Positions 1 to 9,962 of a stretch of DNA of 64,000 nucleotides are shown here, one piece after another. The DNA is from a virus. The number at the start of each line of letters is the position of its first letter. The stretch's first letter is position 1. Below the pieces are notes generated by a model. That model was not told where the DNA came from and made no database searches. It saw nothing but the letters and a program-made list of their open reading frames with translations. The translations under genes were made by a program, and so were the position numbers. The DNA lies in the IMG/VR virus record IMGVR_UViG_3300015371_000016, positions 1-64,000 of that record; one strand, 5' to 3'.

Positions 1-246
1 GGGGGGTGGCGGCGTGGGCGGTGGCGGCGGAGCCAATGGCACTGTAACCACACATCCAGCCTGCGGCGAAATGTTCGGTGCGATCAGATATGTGCCGATC
101 GCATCACCCGGCATCGCCGTGCGTGTGCCGTCCGTGGTCAATGTCGTTCCGGGAGCACTCGGAACATCGACGAAAGAGACGATCAGATCACCGACAGAAT
201 CGCCGTAGTCATCGGTCCCGATGGTGATCTGGGTCGTACCACTCAT
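1..246 (-). CDS. Partial tail/virion-associated protein, runs off the window edge
   Basis: Own translation from ATG 246: MSGTTQITIGTDDYGDSV...PLAPPPPPTPPP. Start overlaps the upstream stop; Pro linker as in neighbouring tail proteins. Confidence 0.6.
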   Translation of the reverse strand, partial: MSGTTQITIGTDDYGDSVGDLIVSFVDVPSAPGTTLTTDGTRTAMPGDAIGTYLIAPNISPQAGCVVTVPLAPPPPPTPPPP

Positions 247-533
247 GCGAGAGACACCGCCAATGTCTGAGAGGCACCCGGCGCAATCACGACACCCGTC
301 TGGCACGGCCAATTGATCGTATAGACACCGACCGTATTAGGGATGACAGCGATCTGCTTGCCGGTGGTAGCGGTGCCGGTCGCTGCCGCATCAAAGATCG
401 CACCAGCGGTGCCGGCCGAGATCACCGAGACGGCCACCACCCACGCACCCGTCGTGCGCAACGCTGTGGCGGCGGTGATGCCGAGGACGGCCGACCCCGC
501 ACCGGGAACGCCCATGGAAGGAAGAGCTGGCAT
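243..533 (-). CDS. Small virion protein, paralog of 21214..21519
   Basis: Shares IPxTVGVYTI...PGAxxTLAVSLA C-terminus with 21214..21519; AGGAG RBS. Confidence 0.7.
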   Translation of the reverse strand: MPALPSMGVPGAGSAVLGITAATALRTTGAWVVAVSVISAGTAGAIFDAAATGTATTGKQIAVIPNTVGVYTINWPCQTGVVIAPGASQTLAVSLA

Positions 534-541
534 GAGGTCTC

Positions 542-994
542 CTAGAACGGGACGTATTTGCCCGGAATTGTCTTAGCGTCGTCCTGTGTCGGGTAGCCAT
601 GCTGATCCAAGATCGCTTGACCGAACGGATCGACCACCGCTTGCGGGATCACTGTGGTGCTGATCACCGCGCCGCTCTTGAACTGGATGCTGATATCATA
701 CATCGGCGTGTCGGTCGGCCGCTTCACCACGCCCAAGGTCATGAAGAACGGTGCATACCTTTTCTGTGTCAGCAACACGTAGTAGTCCGGGAATATCTGC
801 TGCACGATCGCTTGGTGCGCGGGAATGCCCCAGTCGCCGAAGAACGGGCTCTCGCCCCAGTTCAACTTAAGCGTCTGGATCAGCGCGGTGAGATAGACGC
901 TGTCCGGGTTGTCGTTGATATCGGCCTCGACCGTCACCCACCACCTAGCACCAGAGGCCGGGTCCTTGACGCGGCCATATGTCCGTATATGCAC
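542..994 (-). CDS. Baseplate wedge protein (Bcep781-like)
   Basis: RTYGR...VYLTALIQTLKLNWGESPFFGDWGIPA...FPDYYV motif recalled from Bcep781-like myoviruses; tail module context. Confidence 0.65.
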   Translation of the reverse strand: MHIRTYGRVKDPASGARWWVTVEADINDNPDSVYLTALIQTLKLNWGESPFFGDWGIPAHQAIVQQIFPDYYVLLTQKRYAPFFMTLGVVKRPTDTPMYDISIQFKSGAVISTTVIPQAVVDPFGQAILDQHGYPTQDDAKTIPGKYVPF

Positions 995-1005
995 CGGTCA
1001 GCTCC

Positions 1006-2781
1006 TCATGGCGGAAGCGCTACGCCTCGCCGGATATTCTGGCTGTCGTCGCGCTGCCAGACAGATGCAGTGTAGATGACCATCGGATTATTGTTGCTTG
1101 TGCCTACCATGATGTGCCGATGGTGGAAATCAAGCACACACCATGGCGGGTCACCGGGATCCTCAGCTTTATTGCCGCTAGTCCATCCTGTCGGCCAAGT
1201 GATTGTGGGACCTACTTGCACGTCGTTTAGGTAGACTCTTGTAAAGCCTGCTGCCGTCGAAGTGTGCGGCACCCAAAGCCAACCATATTTTTGGCGGTTC
1301 TGAATAGGGACGTTGGATGTGTTTATTGTGGTGTCGATACCTCGGGCGCCAGTAGTATAATCCCACGCATTGCCGCCTGTGTTCTGTGGATACCAGTCGC
1401 TCCAATGGATGATGCCGGCGCCATTATAATTCCGGCTTCCAAGACACTCGACGAAATCTACCTCAGCATGCTGATTGTACGGCAGAGTGTTCGGGAAGTC
1501 GTTGAATCCTCCCTCTATCGCGTCAGACCACCACGCTGGCCAACCATCTGCATCTTGTGTGATGTTGTTCGGATTGGCGATTGACATCTCGATCTCAAAA
1601 TACCCTCCACCACCAAATCCGGTCCCACGTAAATTACCGTTGCCGTCACGTTCCGTGGTGTCCATGTGAGAGTTGAAGTGCCAACTGCCAGAGCCCGGTC
1701 CGGGATCAGTCACGGTGCCATCGGGATTTTGGAAGATACGTTGGCCGGGTATAACGAACCAATTCGTTCCTAAGGTCACGTTAGGACCAAGCGTGCGCCT
1801 ACTGTAGCCGGCCTGCTGCGCTTGCAGCGGAGCGCTGGTCGGTCCTCCTCCTTGTGAAAGGGTCGCTATGCTGAAGACCGGCGTGGTCGGACCTGTGCCG
1901 GCGATGTTGCTCACCGACATGCGGAAATTATACATCGAACCGGCCGTCAGACCCGAGTGCAGAATGGACGACAGCGGATTCGCCGTGACCGGCCCGGTCC
2001 AGGTTACCCCAGCCGGAGGAGGTGTCGGCGGAGGTGGTGTGGGAGGTGGCGTTGGCGGTGGAGGAGGAGGTGGCGGCGGCGTGCCGGCCGGCGGGAACGA
2101 AGTATCGACGGTGCAGCGATAGAGATGCGCTCTCGCCGGAAGATTGGCAGGATTAGCAAGCGAACCCAGTGGCCCGTATTGAGTCTGGCAAGCCGTTTTG
2201 TGATAAAACGGACCTGATCCTTGAAATTCTCCTCCAGGATTGCCAAAAGTGGAAACCACTTGCCGATCACGGAAGTACCTGACCTGCGACGAAGTCCACT
2301 CCACTCCAAGAAGGTGTCTGGCAGTGGCGTCATATCCCTGATTGCTGGTGATCTCGACCGATGGGCCGGAAGTGCATGCCTGAAGGGTGTGCTGCACATT
2401 AGAATTGTCGGTCCAAATATAGAATAGAAACGCCTGCCACTCACGCGGTGGAGGCGTCAGGATTTGCACTTCCCAGATCAGGCCCGGTACACGATCGACC
2501 GCTACGTCGAATTCCCAGTAGCCGTATTGCTGAGTGAAGTGGCCACCTGAATTAACCGTATCGATCAGGGTCGAAAGAAACTGCCGTCCCGTGTTACCAT
2601 CGTCGGCACCCGCAGGCTTGTTGATCAGCGCGAAGTCAAGATGACCGGCAGAATAGTTTAGAATCTGACCGAGGTAAGGCTGCTGAATAGTCCACCACGC
2701 ACTGCCGCCGTCGTCATAGCTCTCCGCGTTCCACTTGGAAGAGTCGAAGAAAGCAAAGTCGTCGCTAAACGTCTGCACCAT
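1006..2781 (-). CDS. Virion-associated GH16/ConA-like + FN3 + GH16-like protein
   Basis: FSDDF and YGYWEF motifs, poly-Pro linker, FN3-like GLTAGSMYNFRMSVSN, C-terminal EVDFVE (ExDxxE). Confidence 0.65.
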   Translation of the reverse strand: MVQTFSDDFAFFDSSKWNAESYDDGGSAWWTIQQPYLGQILNYSAGHLDFALINKPAGADDGNTGRQFLSTLIDTVNSGGHFTQQYGYWEFDVAVDRVPGLIWEVQILTPPPREWQAFLFYIWTDNSNVQHTLQACTSGPSVEITSNQGYDATARHLLGVEWTSSQVRYFRDRQVVSTFGNPGGEFQGSGPFYHKTACQTQYGPLGSLANPANLPARAHLYRCTVDTSFPPAGTPPPPPPPPPTPPPTPPPPTPPPAGVTWTGPVTANPLSSILHSGLTAGSMYNFRMSVSNIAGTGPTTPVFSIATLSQGGGPTSAPLQAQQAGYSRRTLGPNVTLGTNWFVIPGQRIFQNPDGTVTDPGPGSGSWHFNSHMDTTERDGNGNLRGTGFGGGGYFEIEMSIANPNNITQDADGWPAWWSDAIEGGFNDFPNTLPYNQHAEVDFVECLGSRNYNGAGIIHWSDWYPQNTGGNAWDYTTGARGIDTTINTSNVPIQNRQKYGWLWVPHTSTAAGFTRVYLNDVQVGPTITWPTGWTSGNKAEDPGDPPWCVLDFHHRHIMVGTSNNNPMVIYTASVWQRDDSQNIRRGVALPP

Positions 2782-2807
2782 CGTGCCGACTCTCCCTCAC
2801 GATGATC

Positions 2808-5800
2808 CTAAAGCGGCCCAGTTGGCGTGAAGCTGTACCACTGACCACTGTCGTTGACATGCCAGATTACGGCGCCGATGCGCATTATCTGGAGCGCGTT
2901 GTGGCCGTTGGCGTAAGCGTTATTAACCATAACCGCATTGGGTTGTCCGCCACCTGACGGCACGATGGTCCACACGTTGTTCGAGGCATCCGTCACCGAT
3001 CCGCTGCTCAGCGTGCAATAGCGGATGATCGGACCCGCGCTGTAGTTCGAGGCGGTTTGTAGCTTGAACTCAGGAAAGTAGGAACCGTTGTTCAGTCCGC
3101 CGCCTGTGGTCGGTGGAGACGTGGCGATCGTAATCGAGCTTGTGGTCTGCGCCGGCGAGCTTAGATTTCCCGGCGCTCCCGGAACTAGCGGAACACCACC
3201 GCCCGTGCTGGTCAGTATCACCACCGTCTCAGATGGCACCGAGACCGATGTCAGGCTGGCTTGTGTGCCAATCTGCGGCGTCGGGTTCTGCGGTGCTCCC
3301 GGAGAATTCTTGCCGATCTCCCAGCGTGAAATCGTGCCGCTAAGCGTGGCACCGGAGACCGCAATATTAACCGTGCGCGATGTGGTCGTGTCGTAGTTCA
3401 CGAGCATGATCGCGAATGAGGTCTGGTTAGGCTTGACCGCGACGATCGCCATATTCGCTAGCGTCGTGCTGGATGTATATTCCGGTCCATACACCGACTG
3501 CCCAGCCTTGCCGAGCACGTAGCCATGCGCGCTGACTGAGGTATTGTTGCCCTTGATGGCACCGATGACGCCCATGGCGTTGATGTTCTCTAGCCCGCCC
3601 ATCTCCATGCCGGCAGCGCTTTTGAACAGGCCGATCAGATACGCTCCGGCATAGACGCCACCCATGTAATAGCCGGTTTCGTTGGCAAACTCGCTCATGT
3701 TCCAGTCGAGAACCGCGAACGGCGCATTCGCCAGCGGAGTGCCTGACAGCGCATTGCGCTGAGTAACTGAGTCTCCGCTATTGTAGCCCTTCGGCCCGTA
3801 AGCTGTAGTCAGGCTGTCCTGGATAGGCACACCAACCGGTCCGCTTTGCGGATTGACCGGAAAGGACATCCAGCAGATACCGACGTTCGGTGCGCGAGTA
3901 GAGCCTACGGCATTCGCGAAAGAGGTGTTCGCACCGACAGCCGGATGCCACTGAGCCGGACCCCAGATGCGATAGTTCGCGTTGACGCCTTTTAGGGCGT
4001 CGAAGATAGTATTGAAGTAACTATTAACCGTCGCCTGCGACGCACCCTCGCCATTACCGAGGCCGCCGTCGTCCATCCATAGCGTGCCGACGTTCCAATC
4101 CATGAACATCGAGCCGTAGCCGTTCGCATTCAGATAGTTCGCAAGAGCCACTGCCCGGCTGGCCCATTGATTGGCGGTGCCGCCACTGATGCTATGCGCC
4201 ACGCCCATTACGCCACGCACATCACCTTGACAGAACTGGCTGATGAATGGGACGAGATTGTTAAAATCCGTGAAATCGCCGGCCGCGACTTTTCGATCAA
4301 GCTCCCAGTCGGAATTTATGTTGATCATCGCCGGCTTGAGCTGCGCATTCGCGGTGCTGCGGAATGTCGCGTTCGAGAAATCCCCGCCGAAGATCGAACT
4401 ACGGAACCCGAATAGTGCCTTTTGCATCGTCTTGCCCGTGGGCGAGCCGAAGTTGACCGTGGCGTTATTATTCGTGCCGGTCGGGATGACGTTGTAGCTA
4501 TTCGAGGTCGCGCTTACGGTGGTCTGCGTCGAATCACGCACAGAGGTCGTCAGCGTCACGGTAGTGGTAGGCGCCGAGACCGCTGGATGTGTGAAAGACC
4601 ATGTCGTGAGGGTGACCGATGCGCCGGCAGGCAGCGCTACATAGTTTCCAGCGTTATCTCGCCATTGCAGCGTCGGGATCGTGGTGCGATTGCTGATCGT
4701 GCCGGAAACAGTGTAAGGCACCGCGTCGGTCTGCTGTCCGACATTATTGAACGTCAGTGCATATACACCGCCCGCCGCGACCGTCGTGACTTGCTGGATC
4801 GCACTGAGTGGACTGTTGCCCGTCGTGTTCGACACGTAGGCGGAGAAGTCATACTGAGTCCCGGCATTGAGACCGGTCGCGTTGATCCCAGGAGAGATCA
4901 GCGGCGAGGACGTTGCGACAGGTCCCACCCAAGAAACGGCGCCGTTGGCGATGGTTCCGGTGGTCGTGAAGCTATACCATTGCCCGCTATCGTTGACGTG
5001 CCACGCGACAGCACCTATCCGCAACACCATCGTCGCGTGATGGCCGTTGGCATAAACCCCGTTCACCAGAACGGCATTCGGCTGGCCGCCGCCGGTTGCA
5101 GCTATCGTCCATACATTGCCGAACGCGTCAGTCACCGAGCCAACCAGCGGTGTGCAATAGGCCGCCGCATCGACGCCGGTAGACGCCCAGGTCGTGGTGC
5201 CTGTCTGTCGCCGCTGTACCTGGATAGTGCCAGCGTCCAGCGTGCCGCCTGTCGTAGGAAGCGTGAGAGCCACCGGGACGCTTGTCGTGGTCGGCGTGCC
5301 GAGTGCGATCGATGGCGCGTCAGGGACCGTCGTGCCCGGCGTGCCGCCCGTGCTGCTGCCGACATTGACCAGCGAGCCGAACGCCGAGACGTAGGGAATA
5401 TACCACGCGGCGCACACACCCGTGGTACCGCTGGCAGGATTGGTGAAGCTCACCGTGATCGGCGCACCGTTCGACATCGGCAGCGTGTTGATCGAAATGC
5501 ACGTGAGCTGCTGACCGCCGCTGATCCGGGCGTCAGGGTGCGGCGTCCATGCCTGCCCAACAGGATCGGCGATAGCGATGTTGCTGGCGCCAGGATCGAA
5601 AGCATGCACCAGGATCACGCCAGAGGACTGCGGCGGGAATGGATAGACGCGGTAATAGTCGATGTCCGCGAAAGCGGGCAGGGTCGCTGGCACAGGCGTG
5701 CCGTCGCCGACGAGAGCCGCGCTGGAGGTCTGGAAATACGCGAAGGACGGACGGAGCTGAAAGTCACCACCGGGAGTGGCGATCGAACCGACCGGGCGGC

Positions 5801-6584
5801 CATCGATATAAGCCGTGATGTGGTCAGGCTGCCAGTTCACTCCATAGACGTGAAACTGGTTTATATCGAGCGAGGTCGTCGAGTAGATCGTGGTAAGTGA
5901 CGGATTTGTCAGCAAACCGCCAGGGATGGAGAATCGAACGTTCTCCACGCCGTTTGCATCGATCCAGATGTCGAGATCGATTTCGACCGTGTTCGACGGC
6001 GCAAGCGGAAAGTCCTCGATGTCCCAGCGCAGCAGGAAGCCGCGCACAGCGGGCATCCTGATTCGCATCTCGTGATAGCCGAACAGCCGTGAGCCACCTG
6101 CCGCGAGCTGGTTATTAAGTGAGGCGCCCATCGTGGTCTGGGAGATACCGATGCCTGTAGGCGTCGTCATCAGACCGAGCGATTGAACGCCATTGACCGG
6201 CGCAGGATAGAGCGCGGCTGCCTGTGCGTTCACGACAGGATTGGCCCACCACGTCGGGCCATCAGCCCAGCCGTTAGTATTGCTGCCGACGTTCTGGCCG
6301 AAGCTCCACTTGTCACCAGATTGCCACGTCTGATGGGTGCGCCACGGAGAGACCGTGAATTCGTCCGCGAACCAGATGTTGGCCAGACCGTTCCCAGGCA
6401 CTGCCTGATTGATCGCGATGGTCGCGTTGGTCGGTATCGGTCCGCCTGCCACAGGCGCGCTGGACGCGCCGAGGAAGATCGGAATCGGCTTGACCGGATG
6501 AACGCCAGCAAAGTCGCTTTTCGCTGCGGCGGTTCCAGCGATGCGACCACCCATGCGGGCGATGACATTGAGCGAGCCGCGCAT
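2808..6584 (-). CDS. Large multidomain tail/receptor-binding protein (GH16-like, FN3, GH39-like barrel)
   Basis: 1258 aa; FADEF...FGYHEMR...FHVYGVNWQPDHITAYIDG GH16-like fold; FN3 motif GLNAGTQYDFS; C-terminal part paralogous to 18150..19493. Confidence 0.65.
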   Translation of the reverse strand: MRGSLNVIARMGGRIAGTAAAKSDFAGVHPVKPIPIFLGASSAPVAGGPIPTNATIAINQAVPGNGLANIWFADEFTVSPWRTHQTWQSGDKWSFGQNVGSNTNGWADGPTWWANPVVNAQAAALYPAPVNGVQSLGLMTTPTGIGISQTTMGASLNNQLAAGGSRLFGYHEMRIRMPAVRGFLLRWDIEDFPLAPSNTVEIDLDIWIDANGVENVRFSIPGGLLTNPSLTTIYSTTSLDINQFHVYGVNWQPDHITAYIDGRPVGSIATPGGDFQLRPSFAYFQTSSAALVGDGTPVPATLPAFADIDYYRVYPFPPQSSGVILVHAFDPGASNIAIADPVGQAWTPHPDARISGGQQLTCISINTLPMSNGAPITVSFTNPASGTTGVCAAWYIPYVSAFGSLVNVGSSTGGTPGTTVPDAPSIALGTPTTTSVPVALTLPTTGGTLDAGTIQVQRRQTGTTTWASTGVDAAAYCTPLVGSVTDAFGNVWTIAATGGGQPNAVLVNGVYANGHHATMVLRIGAVAWHVNDSGQWYSFTTTGTIANGAVSWVGPVATSSPLISPGINATGLNAGTQYDFSAYVSNTTGNSPLSAIQQVTTVAAGGVYALTFNNVGQQTDAVPYTVSGTISNRTTIPTLQWRDNAGNYVALPAGASVTLTTWSFTHPAVSAPTTTVTLTTSVRDSTQTTVSATSNSYNVIPTGTNNNATVNFGSPTGKTMQKALFGFRSSIFGGDFSNATFRSTANAQLKPAMININSDWELDRKVAAGDFTDFNNLVPFISQFCQGDVRGVMGVAHSISGGTANQWASRAVALANYLNANGYGSMFMDWNVGTLWMDDGGLGNGEGASQATVNSYFNTIFDALKGVNANYRIWGPAQWHPAVGANTSFANAVGSTRAPNVGICWMSFPVNPQSGPVGVPIQDSLTTAYGPKGYNSGDSVTQRNALSGTPLANAPFAVLDWNMSEFANETGYYMGGVYAGAYLIGLFKSAAGMEMGGLENINAMGVIGAIKGNNTSVSAHGYVLGKAGQSVYGPEYTSSTTLANMAIVAVKPNQTSFAIMLVNYDTTTSRTVNIAVSGATLSGTISRWEIGKNSPGAPQNPTPQIGTQASLTSVSVPSETVVILTSTGGGVPLVPGAPGNLSSPAQTTSSITIATSPPTTGGGLNNGSYFPEFKLQTASNYSAGPIIRYCTLSSGSVTDASNNVWTIVPSGGGQPNAVMVNNAYANGHNALQIMRIGAVIWHVNDSGQWYSFTPTGPL

Positions 6585-7571
6585 CTATCCTGCTGTCCCT
6601 GGGAAGACGCCGCCCATCGGCGCGCGCACGTTGAGCCGTCCCGTGAAGCCTGCCGTAACGCTGAGCCGACCGGAAATCGGATATTCGAAGGACCCGTTTG
6701 CACGGCGTATGATGATCTCGCCGGACATGCCTGCCTGTGCCGCCATAGTGGCGGATAGATGCAGATCGGCCCGATCGACAAAGATCGCACCAGAGAAACC
6801 TGCCTGAACACTCAGCCTTGCCACGATCGACGCCCGCAGCGTCGCTCTAGCGCGTATTGTCACTGTGGTATTGAGTCTAGCGAACAGCGCTAGATCGCTG
6901 ATAATCGGCGGTAGTGACGGATCGACTACAGCGGAGAACTGGAACGGCAGCGGTAGGACACCATCAGCGATGGCATATTGCAGCACGGTGCCGATATCGC
7001 CCTGCGTTACCGCGATGTTGAATGTTGTCCCGGTCGCGGTGATCGACACATCATAAGTGTTATCATTGAACTCGATCGCACCGTTCGGGCCGTTCATAAA
7101 GCGATGGATTCTCTGCTTGAGCCAGCGCGTGGAGAATTGGAACCCGTCCCCTTTGTAAAGGTGCCAAGTTAGGATGCGCTTGTAGATGTCATCGGTCACA
7201 TTGATATAGGTGACCGGATTGATATTCGCCGGGTGCAATCGGCCGCCGGCATATTCTAGCGTGTTGTATGGGAACGTCGCATAAGGACCGACGCCAGCAC
7301 CACTAGGACCAGCGCGCTGCAAAGAAAGCACCGGGCGGCGGATACCATAGAGACCAGCGCCGACCCAGTCGAGCAGCGCTCCCGATAGCATCGACCAGAT
7401 CGGCAGATTCAGATGATTAAAATCATCCTGAAACTTTTGCGCTAGATAGTTCTGTGCGGCGACGAACGTCTGGAGATCGTCATCATCCTCATATTGCTTA
7501 TACAAATACGCCGGCAGCAGCCGTTGCAGCGTAACCGGACCGCTGGGCGGGAATGACGCCGTGCCGCTCAT
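6585..7571 (-). CDS. Baseplate wedge protein (DUF2612-like)
   Basis: PAYLYKQYEDDDDLQ...LLDWVGAGLYG...TDDIYKRILTWHLYKGDG; follows baseplate J. Confidence 0.7.
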   Translation of the reverse strand: MSGTASFPPSGPVTLQRLLPAYLYKQYEDDDDLQTFVAAQNYLAQKFQDDFNHLNLPIWSMLSGALLDWVGAGLYGIRRPVLSLQRAGPSGAGVGPYATFPYNTLEYAGGRLHPANINPVTYINVTDDIYKRILTWHLYKGDGFQFSTRWLKQRIHRFMNGPNGAIEFNDNTYDVSITATGTTFNIAVTQGDIGTVLQYAIADGVLPLPFQFSAVVDPSLPPIISDLALFARLNTTVTIRARATLRASIVARLSVQAGFSGAIFVDRADLHLSATMAAQAGMSGEIIIRRANGSFEYPISGRLSVTAGFTGRLNVRAPMGGVFPGTAG

Positions 7572-9046
7572 TACGGGCCGGTTACCGTGACTAGCGATGT
7601 GTCGGTGGCGAAGTAGCTTTCTGGATCACCCGCGACCAAGCCGGTGCCTGCGGTGGGTGTTGCCGTCACACCATCGATTGTGTAAGCCCAGTCCATCACA
7701 CTGATCACGTGGATGTCCACCAAAGGTGCGACCGCGCGAAGGACAGTCTCCTCTAGCGCGAATTGATTGATCGGCGCGCCTACTGGGATCGAATTGATGA
7801 AATTCACAATCGCGGTCTGTGCCTGCTGCGAGATTGCCGGCGATGAGGCGAGTGTGCTGGATGCATTCCATGTGAGCGTCACGCCGACGATTTCTTTCGG
7901 CGGATCGACCCAAGGGATCGTATACACGTCTGGGTAGTCATTGATAGAGACCGAACGATTGCGAAGATTAGGTGCCACCACACCTCCTCCGCTGTAGACA
8001 CCGAACGCTGTCGAGTTGACGCCGATCGAAAACTGAAACTTGTCAATGACGGTGACAGTGTAGCTACCACTATTGAGCTGAGTCATTCCCTGAACGCCGC
8101 TGAACGTCACCACCTGACCGTTGGCATAGCCGTGCTTGAGCACAGTCGTCACCACGCCCGGATTAGCGCGCGTCGCGTTGGCCATCGCCATCGTACTACC
8201 AACCAGCGAGGACAGGATTGGTGTGCCGAGGTAGATCGCATTCGCTACCGCGAATTGATCCGGCGTGGAGCCTCCGGCGATGATCTTCCACAAGCCACCG
8301 CCGACTGCTTGAATGCCCACCTGTTGCGGAATGACACCCGGAACAGCCTTCAACAGCGTCTTTAGAAAGTCAGCGGTGCCCTGCGACGTGACCCGCTCTG
8401 CCTCTAGCACACGCAGACGATAAGCCTGCTCGCTCTCCGCCGTGGTGCCACCCGTGCCTGGGTTGGGATTGGTCACGGTCAGCGTGACCACGCCCGGCAC
8501 GGAGGTCTGAATGCCGGTCACCGTGCCTGATGGCACAGCCCAAGCACCTGACACCGTCGCCACCGCATCCACGGTCGGCGAGAAGCCGCTTGTGCCGATC
8601 GCGACAGTCTCTTTGACCGCATAGCTATGCGATCCGTCGCTGACCAGGAAGCCCTTCTGAACCAAGAAACTCGGCGGTCCGTGAAAGATCACGCCGACAG
8701 TGACGTTGACCTCGGAACCAATCGGGATGCCGAGCACCTGTCCTAGCTGGCGCAGCACGAATGCATTAGCGCCTAGCGGTGTCAGCGAATTGATCAGTTC
8801 GACTTTCGCCTGATCGCAAATCACCAGCGCCGCAGTGCACGTGCTGGAGATGTCTTCGATCAGTGAGCCTGGAAGATTTGCGGTGTAGCCGGGAACCGGC
8901 GTCAGGACTTGTTGGTTATTTCGATCCGTGCCGAACGTCACCAGATTTATAAGCTGGGCACGTAAGTCGATCGGCGACTGCGGTAGTAGACCTGACGCAG
9001 TCATAACGATAGGGAAGTAGAGCGCGTCCTCTGGCGAATCGGGCAT
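7571..9046 (-). CDS. Baseplate J-like protein
   Basis: LPGSLIEDISST, VTNP...GG...ESEQAYRLRV baseplate J motif. Confidence 0.8.
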   Translation of the reverse strand: MPDSPEDALYFPIVMTASGLLPQSPIDLRAQLINLVTFGTDRNNQQVLTPVPGYTANLPGSLIEDISSTCTAALVICDQAKVELINSLTPLGANAFVLRQLGQVLGIPIGSEVNVTVGVIFHGPPSFLVQKGFLVSDGSHSYAVKETVAIGTSGFSPTVDAVATVSGAWAVPSGTVTGIQTSVPGVVTLTVTNPNPGTGGTTAESEQAYRLRVLEAERVTSQGTADFLKTLLKAVPGVIPQQVGIQAVGGGLWKIIAGGSTPDQFAVANAIYLGTPILSSLVGSTMAMANATRANPGVVTTVLKHGYANGQVVTFSGVQGMTQLNSGSYTVTVIDKFQFSIGVNSTAFGVYSGGGVVAPNLRNRSVSINDYPDVYTIPWVDPPKEIVGVTLTWNASSTLASSPAISQQAQTAIVNFINSIPVGAPINQFALEETVLRAVAPLVDIHVISVMDWAYTIDGVTATPTAGTGLVAGDPESYFATDTSLVTVTGP

Positions 9047-9069
9047 CGCTCACTCCATGACCCATCGTG

Positions 9070-9297
9070 TCACCTAACCACCCGACCGCGCATCATGCGA
9101 TGGGTGGCCCTTTGGATTCCCGCCGCGTCACCGCGCTTGCAGGCGTCAAGATATCCGTGCTGCGGACAGTCGCTGCGCGACTTGCCGGCCTGACGCATCG
9201 CGGCGGCCACCGCTTGGCTCTGCGGATGGCCTGAATGCATCATTTCGCGTATGTTTGCGCTGATCGTCGCCTTGGACGATCCCTCTTTTAACGGCAT
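9070..9297 (-). CDS. Small conserved phage protein (MPLKxGxS...ISxNI...QAVA family)
   Basis: [33 protein letters not shown]. Confidence 0.65.
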   Translation of the reverse strand: MPLKEGSSKATISANIREMMHSGHPQSQAVAAAMRQAGKSRSDCPQHGYLDACKRGDAAGIQRATHRMMRGRVVR

Positions 9298-9308
9298 GGA
9301 ATTGACCC

Positions 9309-9962
9309 TTAGGAACCAGGAACCGGCGGGCCACTGACAGCAGTTCCCGCCTGGACTCCGGTGTGCGTGTGCGAGATAGCATGTGTCGGCGTGGCGCCCC
9401 AGGTCACATCGCCTTTGACCACAAGATTGCCAGCGTTATCGAGTGTGATGTTCTGCGCGGTGATGGTTAGCGGATTGCTACCGAGATCGATGACAATACC
9501 GTTTGGCGTCAGCGTCACCGTGCAAGTCGAATCCTTGTCGCGCAACACCACACCGTTAGGACCATAGATCGTCACCGCGTCTTTATCGACATCGCTCCAG
9601 TCTTTATTGCCGCACGGCATGAAAACGAGGGTCGAAAGGTTCGGCTGGCCTGACAGATCAGCGGTCCCCGTTCCAAGCCCGGACATCTGTCCGAGATAGG
9701 CGTCCGCGCTGATCGCGAATCCTTTGTCGCCTTCCTGGATCGGATAGCGGACATATTCAGGACCGAATAGCGGCATCTTTGCTTGCGGCAAGGTGATCGG
9801 ATCGGACTTGATCTCGAACTTTACCGTGACGATCGCTCCCTCGACCTTGACCACAGAGCAAGGCAGGCATTTTCCAAGCTGCTGCACGCGGTTTTCTGAC
9901 GAACGCACCATCGCCGAATTGAGCGACAGCAGCATCGGCAACTTTTGAGCATTGCTAGGCAT
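9309..9962 (-). CDS. Baseplate spike (gpV/Gp138-like)
   Basis: OB-fold-like LPCSVVKV...[10 protein letters not shown]; C-terminal HTH metal-binding tip motif ([10 protein letters not shown]); likely start MPSNAQK at 9962. Confidence 0.8.
   Translation of the reverse strand: MPSNAQKLPMLLSLNSAMVRSSENRVQQLGKCLPCSVVKVEGAIVTVKFEIKSDPITLPQAKMPLFGPEYVRYPIQEGDKGFAISADAYLGQMSGLGTGTADLSGQPNLSTLVFMPCGNKDWSDVDKDAVTIYGPNGVVLRDKDSTCTVTLTPNGIVIDLGSNPLTITAQNITLDNAGNLVVKGDVTWGATPTHAISHTHTGVQAGTAVSGPPVPGS

Noticed and set aside
986-994. Third non-canonical start (ATA at 988)
   Set aside because: A GTG at 994 is well spaced from the AGGAG RBS.
2010-2080. GGT/GGA/GGC triplet repeats here and at ~17430-17480 and ~18030-18055
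   Set aside because: They encode poly-proline linkers; 3-nt coding periodicity.
4422-5900. 492-aa plus-strand ORF
   Set aside because: Antisense shadow of the GC-rich tail gene; Arg-rich with no motifs, unlike the intein antisense ORF.
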